From positions 1,472,001 through 1,536,000 of the forward strand of contig OY775910.1 in assembly GCA_963675245.1 (NCBI GenBank): a stretch of 64,000 nt of DNA. The letters are read 5' to 3'. Each line of letters starts with the position of its first letter. Position 1 is the first letter of the stretch. The DNA is from Acholeplasmataceae bacterium (GTDB taxonomy: Bacteria; Bacillota_I; Bacilli_A; Acholeplasmatales; Acholeplasmataceae). Below the pieces are notes generated by a model, which ran no database searches, had not been told where the DNA came from, and saw only the letters and a program-made list of their open reading frames with translations. Shown here one piece after another: positions 51,116-61,721 of the stretch. Position numbers and translations under genes: made by a program.

Positions 51116-52369
51116 TTAGGACTTCTTCATGATTGCTTCTATATCTACGACTTCTTTGATTATATCTTTTGTTAAATTAATTGCCCCATCCTTCGTCACG
51201 ACAATATCATCTTCAATACGGATACCAATCTTTTCTTCTGCAATATATAAGCCTGGTTCTACTGTTAAAATCGCACCTTCAGGAATCGGTTCATGATACA
51301 TACCAACATCATGCACATCTAATCCAAGATAGTGACCTAAGCTATGATAGTAATATTGACTAATGTCATGATCTTCATTAATCAAGCCAAGTTTTTTTGC
51401 TCCTTCAATAAGAATTTGTTTACCATACTCATTAAATTCCTTAAAGGTTACACCAGCTTTAACCCATTCAATGGTTTTCTTGTTTGCTTCTAAAACCACT
51501 TCATAGACGGCTTTTTGACGTTCGTTGAATTTACCATTAGCAGGATAAACTCTTGTGACATCTGAACAGTAATGATCCTTTTCAACACCTAAATCAAATA
51601 AGACTAAATCACCATCGTTAATAACACCATTATTGTCAACATAATGAAGGGTTGTTGCATGTCCACCTGCTGCAGCAATCGTTTTAAATGAAGGTGATGT
51701 ATGAGCTTTATTTAAGACGTAGTTATACTCAGCTTCAATTTCGTATTCAAGCATATCTGGTTTAAGATTATCCATGATACGATCTAATCCATCTTTCGTG
51801 ATAGCAACTGCCTTTTTAATGGCACTAATTTCATCTTCGCTTTTGACCATACGAAGTTTTGCTAGCATTCTTTGACATGGTTTCACTTGCAAATATGGAA
51901 AACCAACTTGTAATTCTTTAGCAAATTGATGTGCCTTTTTATCAGGTGCATCAACCGATAAACGCTCTAAATCAAAATAAGCCGTTTTTAATTCGCCAAA
52001 CAACGCCCGTCTTGAGGTTGATAATAAAGAAGTGATCGTTTCTTTAAGACTATCAATATATAAAATGTTTGATACCTCAAGTTCTGCAATGGTTGCTGCT
52101 TCTTCTTTTTCTAGCGTCTTTCCAGTCCATAATGCTTTAATCGGATCATTTTCTTCAATGAATAAATATGTTTTCGTTTCTAAATCTCCTTTTACCATGA
52201 GTAAAGCGACATTTTCTTGGTCAATACCTGTGAGGTAAAAGAAATTGCGGTCTACTGAAAAAGGAAATGATTCATCGTTAGTTCTAATCAGTGCGCTTCC
52301 TGAAAAACTCAATGTGAATGAGTGATTATCTGCAAATTTAAAATATTGTTCTCTTCGTTGTTTATACAT
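51116..52369 (-). CDS. pepP: Xaa-Pro aminopeptidase (M24B)
   Basis: NFFYLTG, TLHY, DVTR, HSLGHYLGLDVHD, TVEPGLY, GIRIEDD. Confidence 0.92.
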   Translation of the reverse strand: MYKQRREQYFKFADNHSFTLSFSGSALIRTNDESFPFSVDRNFFYLTGIDQENVALLMVKGDLETKTYLFIEENDPIKALWTGKTLEKEEAATIAELEVSNILYIDSLKETITSLLSTSRRALFGELKTAYFDLERLSVDAPDKKAHQFAKELQVGFPYLQVKPCQRMLAKLRMVKSEDEISAIKKAVAITKDGLDRIMDNLKPDMLEYEIEAEYNYVLNKAHTSPSFKTIAAAGGHATTLHYVDNNGVINDGDLVLFDLGVEKDHYCSDVTRVYPANGKFNERQKAVYEVVLEANKKTIEWVKAGVTFKEFNEYGKQILIEGAKKLGLINEDHDISQYYYHSLGHYLGLDVHDVGMYHEPIPEGAILTVEPGLYIAEEKIGIRIEDDIVVTKDGAINLTKDIIKEVVDIEAIMKKS

Positions 52370-54039
52370 TATAGTATCTCCTTTAATTTTTCAATATCTT
52401 CAAATATTTTCTGATCAATTGTTTTGATATATATCTCAGCTTCCTCAATTGTCTTTTTCTTTGTGCCATAATAAACTTTAAGTTTAGGTTCGGTGCCACT
52501 TGGTCTAAAGACAATCCATGTGTCATCTTCATAGTTATATTTCATCACATCTAAACGTGGAAATTTACTTTTTTCCTTTATTCCATCAATTACACTGTAA
52601 CCATTTAAGATATCATCATAACCGAGTAAATTTAATCCAAATTTCGGTGGATGCTGTCTAAAGTGTTCAACAATATTTTTGATCAGTTCAACACCTTTAG
52701 AACCAGTTAATGTCAATGAATGTGTATATTCATAATAAGCACCATATTGATCGAAGACATCATTTAGATAATCCATAAGTGTTTTATTTTCAAGTTTTAA
52801 ATGGTTTGCCATTTCAGCTAACATATAAACTGCTTGAACAGCGTCTTTATCTCTTACAAAATCAGCAATTAAACTACCATATGATTCTTCTGCACCGAAC
52901 AAATATGGGTTCTTACCATTATAAATTTCTGCCTGTTCACCTATAAACTTAAACCCAGTTAAAGTCGTTATAACCAATTGGTCAAAATCCTCAGCAATGC
53001 GTTTAATTAAGTTTGTTGTAACATTTGTTGTATAGACATGTCCATCATTTGGTAATTGATGCTTTTTCTTAAGATTTGATAATATGTAATATAATTCTAA
53101 TGCTGCTGTTTGATTACCCGTCAGTCTTATAAATTCATGTTTGTGTTTCACTGCTATACCCAATCGATCTGCATCAGGATCAGTTACCATGACAATATCT
53201 GCATTGATCTCTTTGGCATATTGAATCGTTTTATCATAGGCTTCTGCTTCTTCGGGGTTTGAAGATGATGTATGTGAGAAATTAGGATCGACAATCATCT
53301 GGGGTTGATAAGGGAAAATATCATATCCTTCTGCTTTCAGCAATTTAGGAATAACCGTTCCACCTGTGCCATGTAGTGGAGAATAAACGATTTTTAGTCG
53401 CTTAGGATCATGATTGATTGTGATGTCTTTTACACGTCTTAGATAAACATCGTCAAAAGATTCATCAACGTATTTAATTAACTCATTATCAAGTGTTTCA
53501 ATCGTAAATGGATTACTGATCTTTTCGACTTCAGATATGATGTCATCAGCCACTTCAGGGCTTACTTGAGCCCCTGTTTTATCGTAAGCTTTAAACCCAT
53601 TATAGGCTTTAGGATTATGTGATGCTGTTATCATAATACCGCCATCACAGCGCAACTCTCTGACTGCAAAACTTAGCATCGGTGTTGGTCTAAGTTCTGT
53701 AAACAAATAAGATGGAATACCTTCAAAAGCTAAGACTTTTGCGGCTTCCTTCGCAAACACTTTTGAGTCCTTTCTATTATCATATGAGATAGCTACACCA
53801 TTAAATAAACCATTATTTTTCATAAATTTAGCAAATCCCAATGTTGCTCGTCTAATGGTATAAATGTTGATACGATTTGTACCAACACCCATTAAACCGC
53901 GCATACCACCAGTACCAAAACCAAGATCTGTATAAAACGCATCTTGCTTTTCAGATTCATTTAAATGGTTGATTTCATCTCTAAGTTCATTCGTTAATTG
54001 TTGTTTGTTCCAAAAATCAAATTGTTCTTGGTAAGTCAT
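52369..54039 (-). CDS. pgm: Phospho-sugar mutase (phosphoglucomutase/phosphomannomutase)
   Basis: FGTGGMRG, ITASHNP, DPDADR, EESYG, RPSGTEPK. Confidence 0.92.
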   Translation of the reverse strand: MTYQEQFDFWNKQQLTNELRDEINHLNESEKQDAFYTDLGFGTGGMRGLMGVGTNRINIYTIRRATLGFAKFMKNNGLFNGVAISYDNRKDSKVFAKEAAKVLAFEGIPSYLFTELRPTPMLSFAVRELRCDGGIMITASHNPKAYNGFKAYDKTGAQVSPEVADDIISEVEKISNPFTIETLDNELIKYVDESFDDVYLRRVKDITINHDPKRLKIVYSPLHGTGGTVIPKLLKAEGYDIFPYQPQMIVDPNFSHTSSSNPEEAEAYDKTIQYAKEINADIVMVTDPDADRLGIAVKHKHEFIRLTGNQTAALELYYILSNLKKKHQLPNDGHVYTTNVTTNLIKRIAEDFDQLVITTLTGFKFIGEQAEIYNGKNPYLFGAEESYGSLIADFVRDKDAVQAVYMLAEMANHLKLENKTLMDYLNDVFDQYGAYYEYTHSLTLTGSKGVELIKNIVEHFRQHPPKFGLNLLGYDDILNGYSVIDGIKEKSKFPRLDVMKYNYEDDTWIVFRPSGTEPKLKVYYGTKKKTIEEAEIYIKTIDQKIFEDIEKLKEIL

Positions 54040-54095
54040 GGAATCACCTCTATACCATCTATTATACAAAAAAATGACCATAAGGTCATTTCTTT

Positions 54096-54839
54096 TTAAG
54101 TATTCTTATAAAAGATTTTTAGTAATCCCTTCAAAGTCAAGTCATCATCTCTAGTAGCTTCTTCTCTACATAATGGTGCAATCTTTTCTGATAGACCACC
54201 TGTTAAGATCACTTTAAATGATTCATTCACTTCATCTTTAATACGTGAAATCATGCCATCTACTTCAGCTGCCACCCCATATGTGACACCAGATTGCATG
54301 CAATGAATGGTGTTTGTTCCTAAAACTTTTTTAGGCACTTCTATATCAATATCTGGAAGTAAAGCCGTATTACCGACTAACGCTTTGATTGAAATGTTAA
54401 CACCTGGGCTAATAACGACCCCTTTAATGGTTTTATTTTTAACATAAATATACTTAACAGCTGTACCTAAATCAACGACTAATGCAGACATTAAATCATC
54501 ATCCACACCGGCTGCATCACAAATCAAATCAGCACCAACTTCTCTTGGATGATCTGTTTTGATATTGATACCTGTTTTAATACCTGGACCTACGATTAAC
54601 GGTTCAACTCCAGTATGTTTTAATGATATTTCTCTTAATTTTTCAGTAATTCTAGGAACAACCGAAGAAATAGCAACATGTTTAATATCACTAAACTCAA
54701 ACAAACTTTTCATATCAATATAATATTGATCAGCTGTTTTAATCACATCGGTATTCAATCTGTAGACGTCGATGATTTTAAACCCATCAGATAAACCGAT
54801 CGTTACATTTGTATTTCCTACGTCAAATAATAAAATCAT
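54096..54839 (-). CDS. coaX: Type III pantothenate kinase
   Basis: DVGNTN, SSVVP, EVGAD, VDLGTA, LTGG. Confidence 0.93.
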   Translation of the reverse strand: MILLFDVGNTNVTIGLSDGFKIIDVYRLNTDVIKTADQYYIDMKSLFEFSDIKHVAISSVVPRITEKLREISLKHTGVEPLIVGPGIKTGINIKTDHPREVGADLICDAAGVDDDLMSALVVDLGTAVKYIYVKNKTIKGVVISPGVNISIKALVGNTALLPDIDIEVPKKVLGTNTIHCMQSGVTYGVAAEVDGMISRIKDEVNESFKVILTGGLSEKIAPLCREEATRDDDLTLKGLLKIFYKNT

Positions 54840-54849
54840 AAAAGTACCT

Positions 54850-55611
54850 CTACTTATTCATAACCTTCTCTAAACCATATAGTATTGGCGTACCAATTAG
54901 TACTGCTAAAACGGCTTCAATGAGGCCATTTGTTACAGTTGTCGTATAGATAACATTCACAAGATTTTCTGCAGGTACATACTGTGTAACAAAATCGTAG
55001 CTAAAAACTGCTAAAGATACTAAAACCACGACAGTATGAAAGATGGTACTTAAAAGGAATGTCGCAGGAATAATGGTGCGTCTACTATCATTGTGCTTAA
55101 TAAAAGCATAATAAGCAGTCAGTACAAACCCAATAAGCACTAAGATGACTGGTATAAACCAGGCTTCATTCCAACCTGCTTGATCAATAATCACTCTGCC
55201 TGCATAATATACTGCAAAAAGCGTTAATAAACTAACAAATCCAAAAATATAAACATCAGGATTTTTAATTTTTCGCTCAATTAACTTAAATAGTTCAAAT
55301 AACCAAGCTGCAGCAACTGCAAACGCAACACGAGGTAGTACAGAAACTAACGGGTTAACAAAAGCGGGGTCAAGTATACCAACAGGTGCTGTAGTCGCTT
55401 TAACAAGCGATCCTAAACCAAAAACTAATCCTAAAATCCAACTATATCTTTTTGGTAACAAAAAAACGCCAATTAAAACCGGAATATGAATCAATGTCAT
55501 TGACAGTGGACCAAAGGTAATATAACCAATCTGTGGGACAAATGTCATTAGCAATATAATTGCTGAAAAAACCGATAATAATGTTAACGTCTGTAAATCA
55601 TTCTTCTTCAT
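54850..55611 (-). CDS. ECF transporter S component (PanT-like)
   Basis: IGYI, TLIHIPVLIG, NPLVSVLPR, TNGLIEAV; adjacent to coaX. Confidence 0.8.
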   Translation of the reverse strand: MKKNDLQTLTLLSVFSAIILLMTFVPQIGYITFGPLSMTLIHIPVLIGVFLLPKRYSWILGLVFGLGSLVKATTAPVGILDPAFVNPLVSVLPRVAFAVAAAWLFELFKLIERKIKNPDVYIFGFVSLLTLFAVYYAGRVIIDQAGWNEAWFIPVILVLIGFVLTAYYAFIKHNDSRRTIIPATFLLSTIFHTVVVLVSLAVFSYDFVTQYVPAENLVNVIYTTTVTNGLIEAVLAVLIGTPILYGLEKVMNK

Positions 55612-55721
55612 TTTTTTCTCCTTTTTAAGCCCAAATGGGTCTCATAAGTTACTTTTATTATACCTTGATATGATCAAACTAACAAGCATAAAGATAACGC
55701 CACATATCTGCGGCGTTCACT

Positions 55722-56564
55722 TTAATCAATATATGCACCCCAAGGGCTATTATCTGGATCAGTATAGACGCGATTTCCACGATTTAAATCATCAATCATG
55801 TTCACTTCTTCTTTTGAGAGTTTAATGTTTTGTGCATCGTAGTTTTCTTTAATTCGTTTTGGAGTGACAGATTTTGGAATCATAATGATGCCACGAGCTA
55901 ATCCCCAAGCAATGACGATTTGAGCGATTGATGCGTGATGACGATTAGCAATTGGTGCTAGTACATCTGCATATCGACCTTCAAATATGCCACCTTTCAT
56001 AAAAGGACCATAAGATTCAATCGCAATCCCTTTCTTATCAAGATATGCTTTTAGTGGTACTTGACTTAAACCAGGGTGAAGTTCTACTTGATTCACCATC
56101 GGTAAAATGTTTGCATGTGTCATTAAATCTTCAATCATATGAATCTGGAAATTAGATATACCAATGGCACGACATTTCCCCTCTTGATACAAAGATTCGA
56201 AATATGCCCATGTTTCACGATTGATTTTAGGATTATGATTTGGCCAATGTATCAAGTACAAATCAACATAGTCTGTTTGAAGTTTATCAAGTGAATCTTG
56301 AAAAGCTTTTTTCATGTGTTCTAAATTCATATGTCTCGCTTGTTTTGTCGTAATCCATATATCTTCTCTTTTAACATTTGAATCCTTAATGGCTTGACCA
56401 ACGGATTCTTCATTACCATACATTTGTGCAGTATCTATATGGCGATAACCAATTTCTAATGCATATTTGACTGTATTATAGGCACTTTCACCCTCTTTAA
56501 CTAAAAATGTCCCTAATCCAAATTGTGGCATTTCAATATTGTTATAAAGTTTAATTTTATTCAT
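55722..56564 (-). CDS. Aldo/keto reductase
   Basis: GYRHIDTAQMYGNE, DLYLIHWP, IGISNF, IPKS. Confidence 0.93.
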   Translation of the reverse strand: MNKIKLYNNIEMPQFGLGTFLVKEGESAYNTVKYALEIGYRHIDTAQMYGNEESVGQAIKDSNVKREDIWITTKQARHMNLEHMKKAFQDSLDKLQTDYVDLYLIHWPNHNPKINRETWAYFESLYQEGKCRAIGISNFQIHMIEDLMTHANILPMVNQVELHPGLSQVPLKAYLDKKGIAIESYGPFMKGGIFEGRYADVLAPIANRHHASIAQIVIAWGLARGIIMIPKSVTPKRIKENYDAQNIKLSKEEVNMIDDLNRGNRVYTDPDNSPWGAYID

Positions 56565-56645
56565 GTGTTTCTCCTCACTTATCGTTTTATCACTTTTATT
56601 ATATTGCGATATAAATATATAAACAAGAAAAAAGGCCATTAGCCT

Positions 56646-57701
56646 TTATTCGTTTTCAATTAATTCTCTAATTTTTAGAGGTGTTAAGTCATTTAAGACT
56701 GCAAATAGCATCTTTCTTGCATGATCCAAATCAGAAAGGTCCATCATTGCTGCTGTTGAATGAATATATCTTGCAGGTAACCCAATAGTCGTTGACAAGA
56801 TACCTTCATGCATCGAGAATGCTTTCGCTGCATCCGTGCCACCTTTAGATATATAATCTTGTGCTTTGATATCATATTTTTTTGCTAATTGTCTGAAATA
56901 TGCGAGTAATGATGCAGGCATGATATTTTTAGGATCATAGACTCTTAATAGGCATCCACCACCGAGTTTAGCAAGTGATTCTTTATCCAGCATATCATTG
57001 ACTGGACTTGCATCAAGCGCTATAAAGACATCTGGTTTTATTTTATTAATTGCTGTTTCTGCACCACGTAATCCAACTTCTTCCTGAACAGTAGCACCAA
57101 AAGCGATATGAAATGGAAGATCAACATCATTAAAAGCTTCAATGGCATCCAACGCTAAGCCACATCCATAACGATTATCAATTGCTTTTGAAATAACTTT
57201 TCGTTTGTCATATGTGTATGCAAATGGATTATCAAATAACACCATGTCACCGATTTGAACACCAGCATTGATAACGTCTTCTTTTGATGATGCACCGATA
57301 TCCAATCTTAATGCTTCAATGGTTAACTTTTGTTCTGTCTTCAAGTGAGGTGGAATAGCCCCTATAACGCCTTTGATAACACCATTGGTCGTATAGACGT
57401 TCATGACTTGTGAAATAAATACTTCACCATTTAAACCACCTGCATTAATCACTTTTAAAAGACCCAATGATGTGATGCCAGAAACAATTAATCCTACTTC
57501 ATCTTGATGTCCAGCAACCATAACTGTAGGTGCGTTTGGATCTTTTGCTTTTTTATATGCAAAAATAGATCCAAGATTATCAGTAACGATATCATATGAT
57601 GGGTATTTTTCCATAAATGCTCTCATATATTTTTTAATTGCTTGTTCATGCCCAGAAGTACCAGCAATCATCATTAAATCTTTATAGTGTGTTGGCAACA
57701 T
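56646..57701 (-). CDS. M42 family aminopeptidase
   Basis: AGHQDEVG, KAIDNRYG, VQEEVGLRGA, GGTDA, RYIHS. Confidence 0.92.
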   Translation of the reverse strand: MLPTHYKDLMMIAGTSGHEQAIKKYMRAFMEKYPSYDIVTDNLGSIFAYKKAKDPNAPTVMVAGHQDEVGLIVSGITSLGLLKVINAGGLNGEVFISQVMNVYTTNGVIKGVIGAIPPHLKTEQKLTIEALRLDIGASSKEDVINAGVQIGDMVLFDNPFAYTYDKRKVISKAIDNRYGCGLALDAIEAFNDVDLPFHIAFGATVQEEVGLRGAETAINKIKPDVFIALDASPVNDMLDKESLAKLGGGCLLRVYDPKNIMPASLLAYFRQLAKKYDIKAQDYISKGGTDAAKAFSMHEGILSTTIGLPARYIHSTAAMMDLSDLDHARKMLFAVLNDLTPLKIRELIENE

Positions 57702-58296
57702 GTTTTTTCTTTCCTTTCAATTGATAAATAGGTCCAATTTTTCTCTTTTTAACTTCATATTCAGTCATATACTTTGTAACATCTAAATTTCTATTGATAT
57801 CATAAATTTCAAAAGCAGTTGATAATGTATCAATCGAATCATTGAAAAAATTTATATGATCTGTTCTAAACTGCAAGATACCATTATCATTTAAAATAGA
57901 CGTATATAATGGTAGAAATGATTCTGCAGTTAAGCGTCTTTTATGGTGTTTTGTTTTTGGCCACGGATCAGAAAAATTTAAGTATATCACATCGACTTTT
58001 CTATGAGCCATATAATCACTTAAATGAATTGCATCGCCTAAAATGATTGTCAAGTTTTCAATATTTAAATTTTCTTTTTTTTCAAGCATCCGATAACAAA
58101 CATATTTATTTTTTTCTATCGCAATGAAATGTGTCTCTTTATGATCAAGTGCTAGACTCGTAATAAAGTCTCCTTTACCACTACCAATTTCAATTTCCAA
58201 ACGTTTATTTGGCAACTGAATGGCATGTATATCAGTTATAACACCTCTTGTTTTAAGGCGTGTTTCATCGACACCTTTAATTCTTTTTTGTCTCAT
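57682..58296 (-). CDS. trmB: tRNA (guanine46-N7)-methyltransferase
   Basis: EIGSGKG, LNFSDPWPKTKHHKRRLT, TEYE. Confidence 0.95.
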   Translation of the reverse strand: MRQKRIKGVDETRLKTRGVITDIHAIQLPNKRLEIEIGSGKGDFITSLALDHKETHFIAIEKNKYVCYRMLEKKENLNIENLTIILGDAIHLSDYMAHRKVDVIYLNFSDPWPKTKHHKRRLTAESFLPLYTSILNDNGILQFRTDHINFFNDSIDTLSTAFEIYDINRNLDVTKYMTEYEVKKRKIGPIYQLKGKKKHVANTL

Positions 58297-58315
58297 GAAT
58301 TACCTCTTTAAAGAT

Positions 58316-58340
58316 AAAAAGTGGTATCCACCACTTTTTT
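58316..58340 (-). terminator. Terminator after ptsH
   Basis: AAAAAGTGG-tatcca-CCACTTTTT. Confidence 0.8.
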
Positions 58341-58608
58341 ATCCTAATCGACCAAGTCCTTCTGTAATAATGAAATCAGAAAGTGCTTTAATGGCTTCTT
58401 CAGCATCCGGACCATCTGCATTTACACGAACCTCTTCACCCTTATAAATACCGAGTGACATAAGTCCCATAATTGATTTTAGATTAACAGTTTTACCCAT
58501 TGCATCTAATCTGATGTCAGATTGAAAGCTCATAGCGAGATTGACTAGCCTTGTTGCAGGTCGTGCGTGAATCCCATATTCAGATGTAATGAAGAATGAT
58601 TGTTCCAT
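58339..58608 (-). CDS. ptsH: Phosphocarrier protein HPr
   Basis: GIHARPAT (His15), NLKSIMGLMSLG (Ser46). Confidence 0.96.
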   Translation of the reverse strand: MEQSFFITSEYGIHARPATRLVNLAMSFQSDIRLDAMGKTVNLKSIMGLMSLGIYKGEEVRVNADGPDAEEAIKALSDFIITEGLGRLG

Positions 58609-58968
58609 TCATCGTTCCTCTTTTCTTTGAGTTTTAATATGATTAAGCAGACGATCGCCTTGTTCGTGTATTAATAGTGTGATCCTTTGATTATTTAGAA
58701 AAGCTGATATAGCTAGTGCTTTAAGTTTATTAACATCAACTTTATTTGGTTCTTTTAATTCAATTTGAATACGTTTGTGTTCTTTTTTAGCATTGATGAT
58801 ATTTGAGATATCGCCTAATGCTTCTAAAATGTTTTTAATGTAATCATCATCGGGTATTGGTTCTCTACGTTTCTTTTCCCAAAAGATATAAAAGATGATA
58901 ATGACAATAACAACTAGAGCTAATATAACATACGGCAAGAGTTCAATAAATGTGTTAAGTATAGGCAT
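58609..58968 (-). CDS. Membrane-anchored PTS EIIB-like protein
   Basis: TM helix then ILEALGDISNI...RIQIELKEPNKVD...LKAL; GGAGG before ATG 58968. Confidence 0.6.
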   Translation of the reverse strand: MPILNTFIELLPYVILALVVIVIIIFYIFWEKKRREPIPDDDYIKNILEALGDISNIINAKKEHKRIQIELKEPNKVDVNKLKALAISAFLNNQRITLLIHEQGDRLLNHIKTQRKEER

Positions 58969-59029
58969 CTTTAAACCTCCGTTACTTTGATTATATAGAT
59001 TTTGCATTCATTTTTCAATCTATAACGTA

Positions 59030-60046
59030 CTATTTTATAAACATCGAGTCTCCAAAGGAGAAAAAACGATAGTTATTTTCAACTGCTAAACGATATGCCT
59101 TTCTGATAAAATCAGTTTCTGCGAAAGCAGACACTAACATTAAAAGCGTGGATTTAGGTAGGTGAAAGTTGGTAATCAGATGATCAACTGCTTTAAATTG
59201 ATACCCAGGATAGATAAATATATCAGTTTCAAATGACCCCGCATGAAACTTACCATCATAATTAGATTCTAATGTTCTCATAGAAGTCGTACCAACCGCC
59301 ACAATGTGTCTACCACTTTGTTTTGCTCTATTTAAGGCATCAGCAGATGATTGACTGATGGTATAAGCTTCTTTATGCATGTGATGTGCTTCAACTGTAT
59401 CAACTTGAACTGGTCTAAACGTACCAAGCCCAATGGTGAGTGTCACAGATATAATATCAATACCTTTAGATTTGATTTGTTCTAATAAATCGGGTGTGAA
59501 ATGTAATCCTGCTGTTGGGGCTGCGGCACTACCAGGATGTTCAGCGTAGACTGTTTGATACCGGCTTTGATCTTTTAATTGTTCAGTGATATAAGGGGGT
59601 AGTGGCATAGTACCTAATGCTTCTAGGACTTCCATGAAAATACCATCATAAGACATTTTATAATGTCTGATACCCTCTTCTCCAATATCAATACATTCTG
59701 CTTTCAATTGGTTGCCAAATGAGATAACAGTACCGATTTTGACACGTTTTGCTGGTTTTGTTAATGCTTCCCACTCATCATGACCAAGGGGTTTTAGCAG
59801 TAATACTTCAATGGCTGCTTTTGTTTCATCCTTTTCACCTAAAAGGCGTGCAGGAATCACTTTTGTATCATTAATAACGAGTACATCATCACTGTTAAGT
59901 TCATCGATAATATTATAAAAATGATGATGACTCATCATTTTTGTTTCTCTATTCAAGATCATTAATCGTGACTGATCCCTTTTTTGAGCAGGATGCTGAG
60001 CGATTAACGCTTTAGGTAGGTGGAAATCAAAATCACTAACTCGCAT
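59030..60046 (-). CDS. queA: S-adenosylmethionine:tRNA ribosyltransferase-isomerase
   Basis: [41 protein letters not shown]. Confidence 0.97.
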   Translation of the reverse strand: MRVSDFDFHLPKALIAQHPAQKRDQSRLMILNRETKMMSHHHFYNIIDELNSDDVLVINDTKVIPARLLGEKDETKAAIEVLLLKPLGHDEWEALTKPAKRVKIGTVISFGNQLKAECIDIGEEGIRHYKMSYDGIFMEVLEALGTMPLPPYITEQLKDQSRYQTVYAEHPGSAAAPTAGLHFTPDLLEQIKSKGIDIISVTLTIGLGTFRPVQVDTVEAHHMHKEAYTISQSSADALNRAKQSGRHIVAVGTTSMRTLESNYDGKFHAGSFETDIFIYPGYQFKAVDHLITNFHLPKSTLLMLVSAFAETDFIRKAYRLAVENNYRFFSFGDSMFIK

Positions 60047-61052
60047 TGTCAAATAATCCTTTATAATAAGTGACACCCAATGCATCATAAGCTTTTTGTG
60101 TTGCTACTCTGCCTCTTGGTGTTCTTCTGATATAACCTTCCATCATTAAGTAAGGTTCATAAACATCTTCTACAGTTGTTATTTCTTCTGCAATTGATGT
60201 AGCAATCGTCTCAATTCCGACAGGACCACCATTAAATTTATCAACAATCGCTTTTAGATATCGATAATCTGTGTGATCAAGCCCATTAATATCAATACCG
60301 AGTTTAGATAAAGCAAGGTCAGTAATTTCCTTTGTCACGATACCATCACCGATAATTTCAGCAAAATCTCTGACTCTTCTAAATAATCTATTTGCAATTC
60401 TTGGTGTCCCTCTTGATCTTCTAGCTAAGCTAATAACAGCAGGTTCTTCAATTTCATTTTGATAAACACCGGCTGTTCTTCTGACAATCTTTTCAAGATC
60501 TTCTGGTCCGTAATAATTCAACCTGAAAACGACACCAAAACGATCTCTTAGTGGGGCTGATAAATCACCAAATCGTGTGGTTGCACCAATGAGTGTAAAA
60601 GGTGGTAAGTCTATTCTAATGCTTCTAGATTCTGAATCTTTACCAATCACAATATCTAAAACGTAGTCTTCCATTGCTGCATATAGAACTTCTTCAACAA
60701 CTCTCGGTAATCGGTGTATTTCATCAATAAAAAGAACATCTCCAGGATTGAGTGAACTTAAAACAGCAGCTAAATCACCACTTCGTTCTATTGCAGGACC
60801 AGAGGTAACCTTAATATTCACATCTAACTCATTAGCAACAATTTGTGCTAATGTCGTTTTTCCGAGACCTGGTGGACCATATAACAACATATGATCAAGC
60901 GCTTCTTTTCTTTTTAAAGCAGCTTTAATATAAATATCTAAGACTTCTTTGATTTGATCTTGTCCCACATATTGAGAAAGTAACTGCGGACGTAGGGATT
61001 GATCTTCATCTTCCTTAATCGACATCGCAGTAACAATACGTTCTTTATCCAT
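60036..61052 (-). CDS. ruvB: Holliday junction helicase RuvB
   Basis: [32 protein letters not shown]. Confidence 0.98.
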   Translation of the reverse strand: MDKERIVTAMSIKEDEDQSLRPQLLSQYVGQDQIKEVLDIYIKAALKRKEALDHMLLYGPPGLGKTTLAQIVANELDVNIKVTSGPAIERSGDLAAVLSSLNPGDVLFIDEIHRLPRVVEEVLYAAMEDYVLDIVIGKDSESRSIRIDLPPFTLIGATTRFGDLSAPLRDRFGVVFRLNYYGPEDLEKIVRRTAGVYQNEIEEPAVISLARRSRGTPRIANRLFRRVRDFAEIIGDGIVTKEITDLALSKLGIDINGLDHTDYRYLKAIVDKFNGGPVGIETIATSIAEEITTVEDVYEPYLMMEGYIRRTPRGRVATQKAYDALGVTYYKGLFDNAS

Positions 61053-61060
61053 GAGACCTC

Positions 61061-61615
61061 CTATTTAATAAGTAGTTGCAATGCTTGTTTGATCATTTCT
61101 TCGACACTTTGGTCAGCATTTATTTTCTTAAGCGTTTTTCTAATCTCTGTTTTCGAATATCCTAATGCCAATAAAGCTTGTGTGACATCATCTTCTTGTG
61201 TTGGGAATAGTGAATCTTCTTCACTGACAAGTTTTCCTTTTAAATCAAGAATTATCTGTTGTGCATTTTTTGTACCAATACCTGGAAATTTAGTTAAAAA
61301 CTTAACATCACCAGATTCAATGGCAAACATTGTTTCATCCACATTTGGGCTAGCCAAAATTGACATGGCACTTTTTGGACCAATTCCTGAAACACTAATG
61401 AGTTTCAAAAAAAGCTCCTTACTTTCATACGTATCAAAACCATATAAAGCATTGATATCTTCTCTTATATAATGATGAACAAAACAAGTAACTTCATCAC
61501 CTATATGATATTGATATGGATATGGTGACAGGATGAGATATCCTATCCCTTGATTCTCAATGACAATATGACTTGGTTTTACACTTGTTATAATTCCTTT
61601 TATGGTTGCGTACAT
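61061..61615 (-). CDS. ruvA: Holliday junction branch migration protein RuvA
   Basis: GIGY, RED, LYGF, VSGIGPK, PGIG, ALLALGY. Confidence 0.96.
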   Translation of the reverse strand: MYATIKGIITSVKPSHIVIENQGIGYLILSPYPYQYHIGDEVTCFVHHYIREDINALYGFDTYESKELFLKLISVSGIGPKSAMSILASPNVDETMFAIESGDVKFLTKFPGIGTKNAQQIILDLKGKLVSEEDSLFPTQEDDVTQALLALGYSKTEIRKTLKKINADQSVEEMIKQALQLLIK

Positions 61616-61721
61616 GTATTCACCTGTTCATCTAAATGTTAGCATCATTATACCATTTTTACTCGCTTTTTTCCATGCATAAATACATCTATGATATAAT
61701 AAATTTAAAGGTGATTAAAAG

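Noticed and set aside
54071..54096. TGACC-ATAA-GGTCA as another TetR operator
   Set aside because: Flanked by A and T runs immediately after the coaX stop; better explained as a terminator
1169..61472. Short overlapping or antisense ORFs in the track (e.g. 10847-11158, 12713-13189, 34401-34706, 60999-61472)
   Set aside because: They lie within or opposite well-supported genes and have no recognisable motifs
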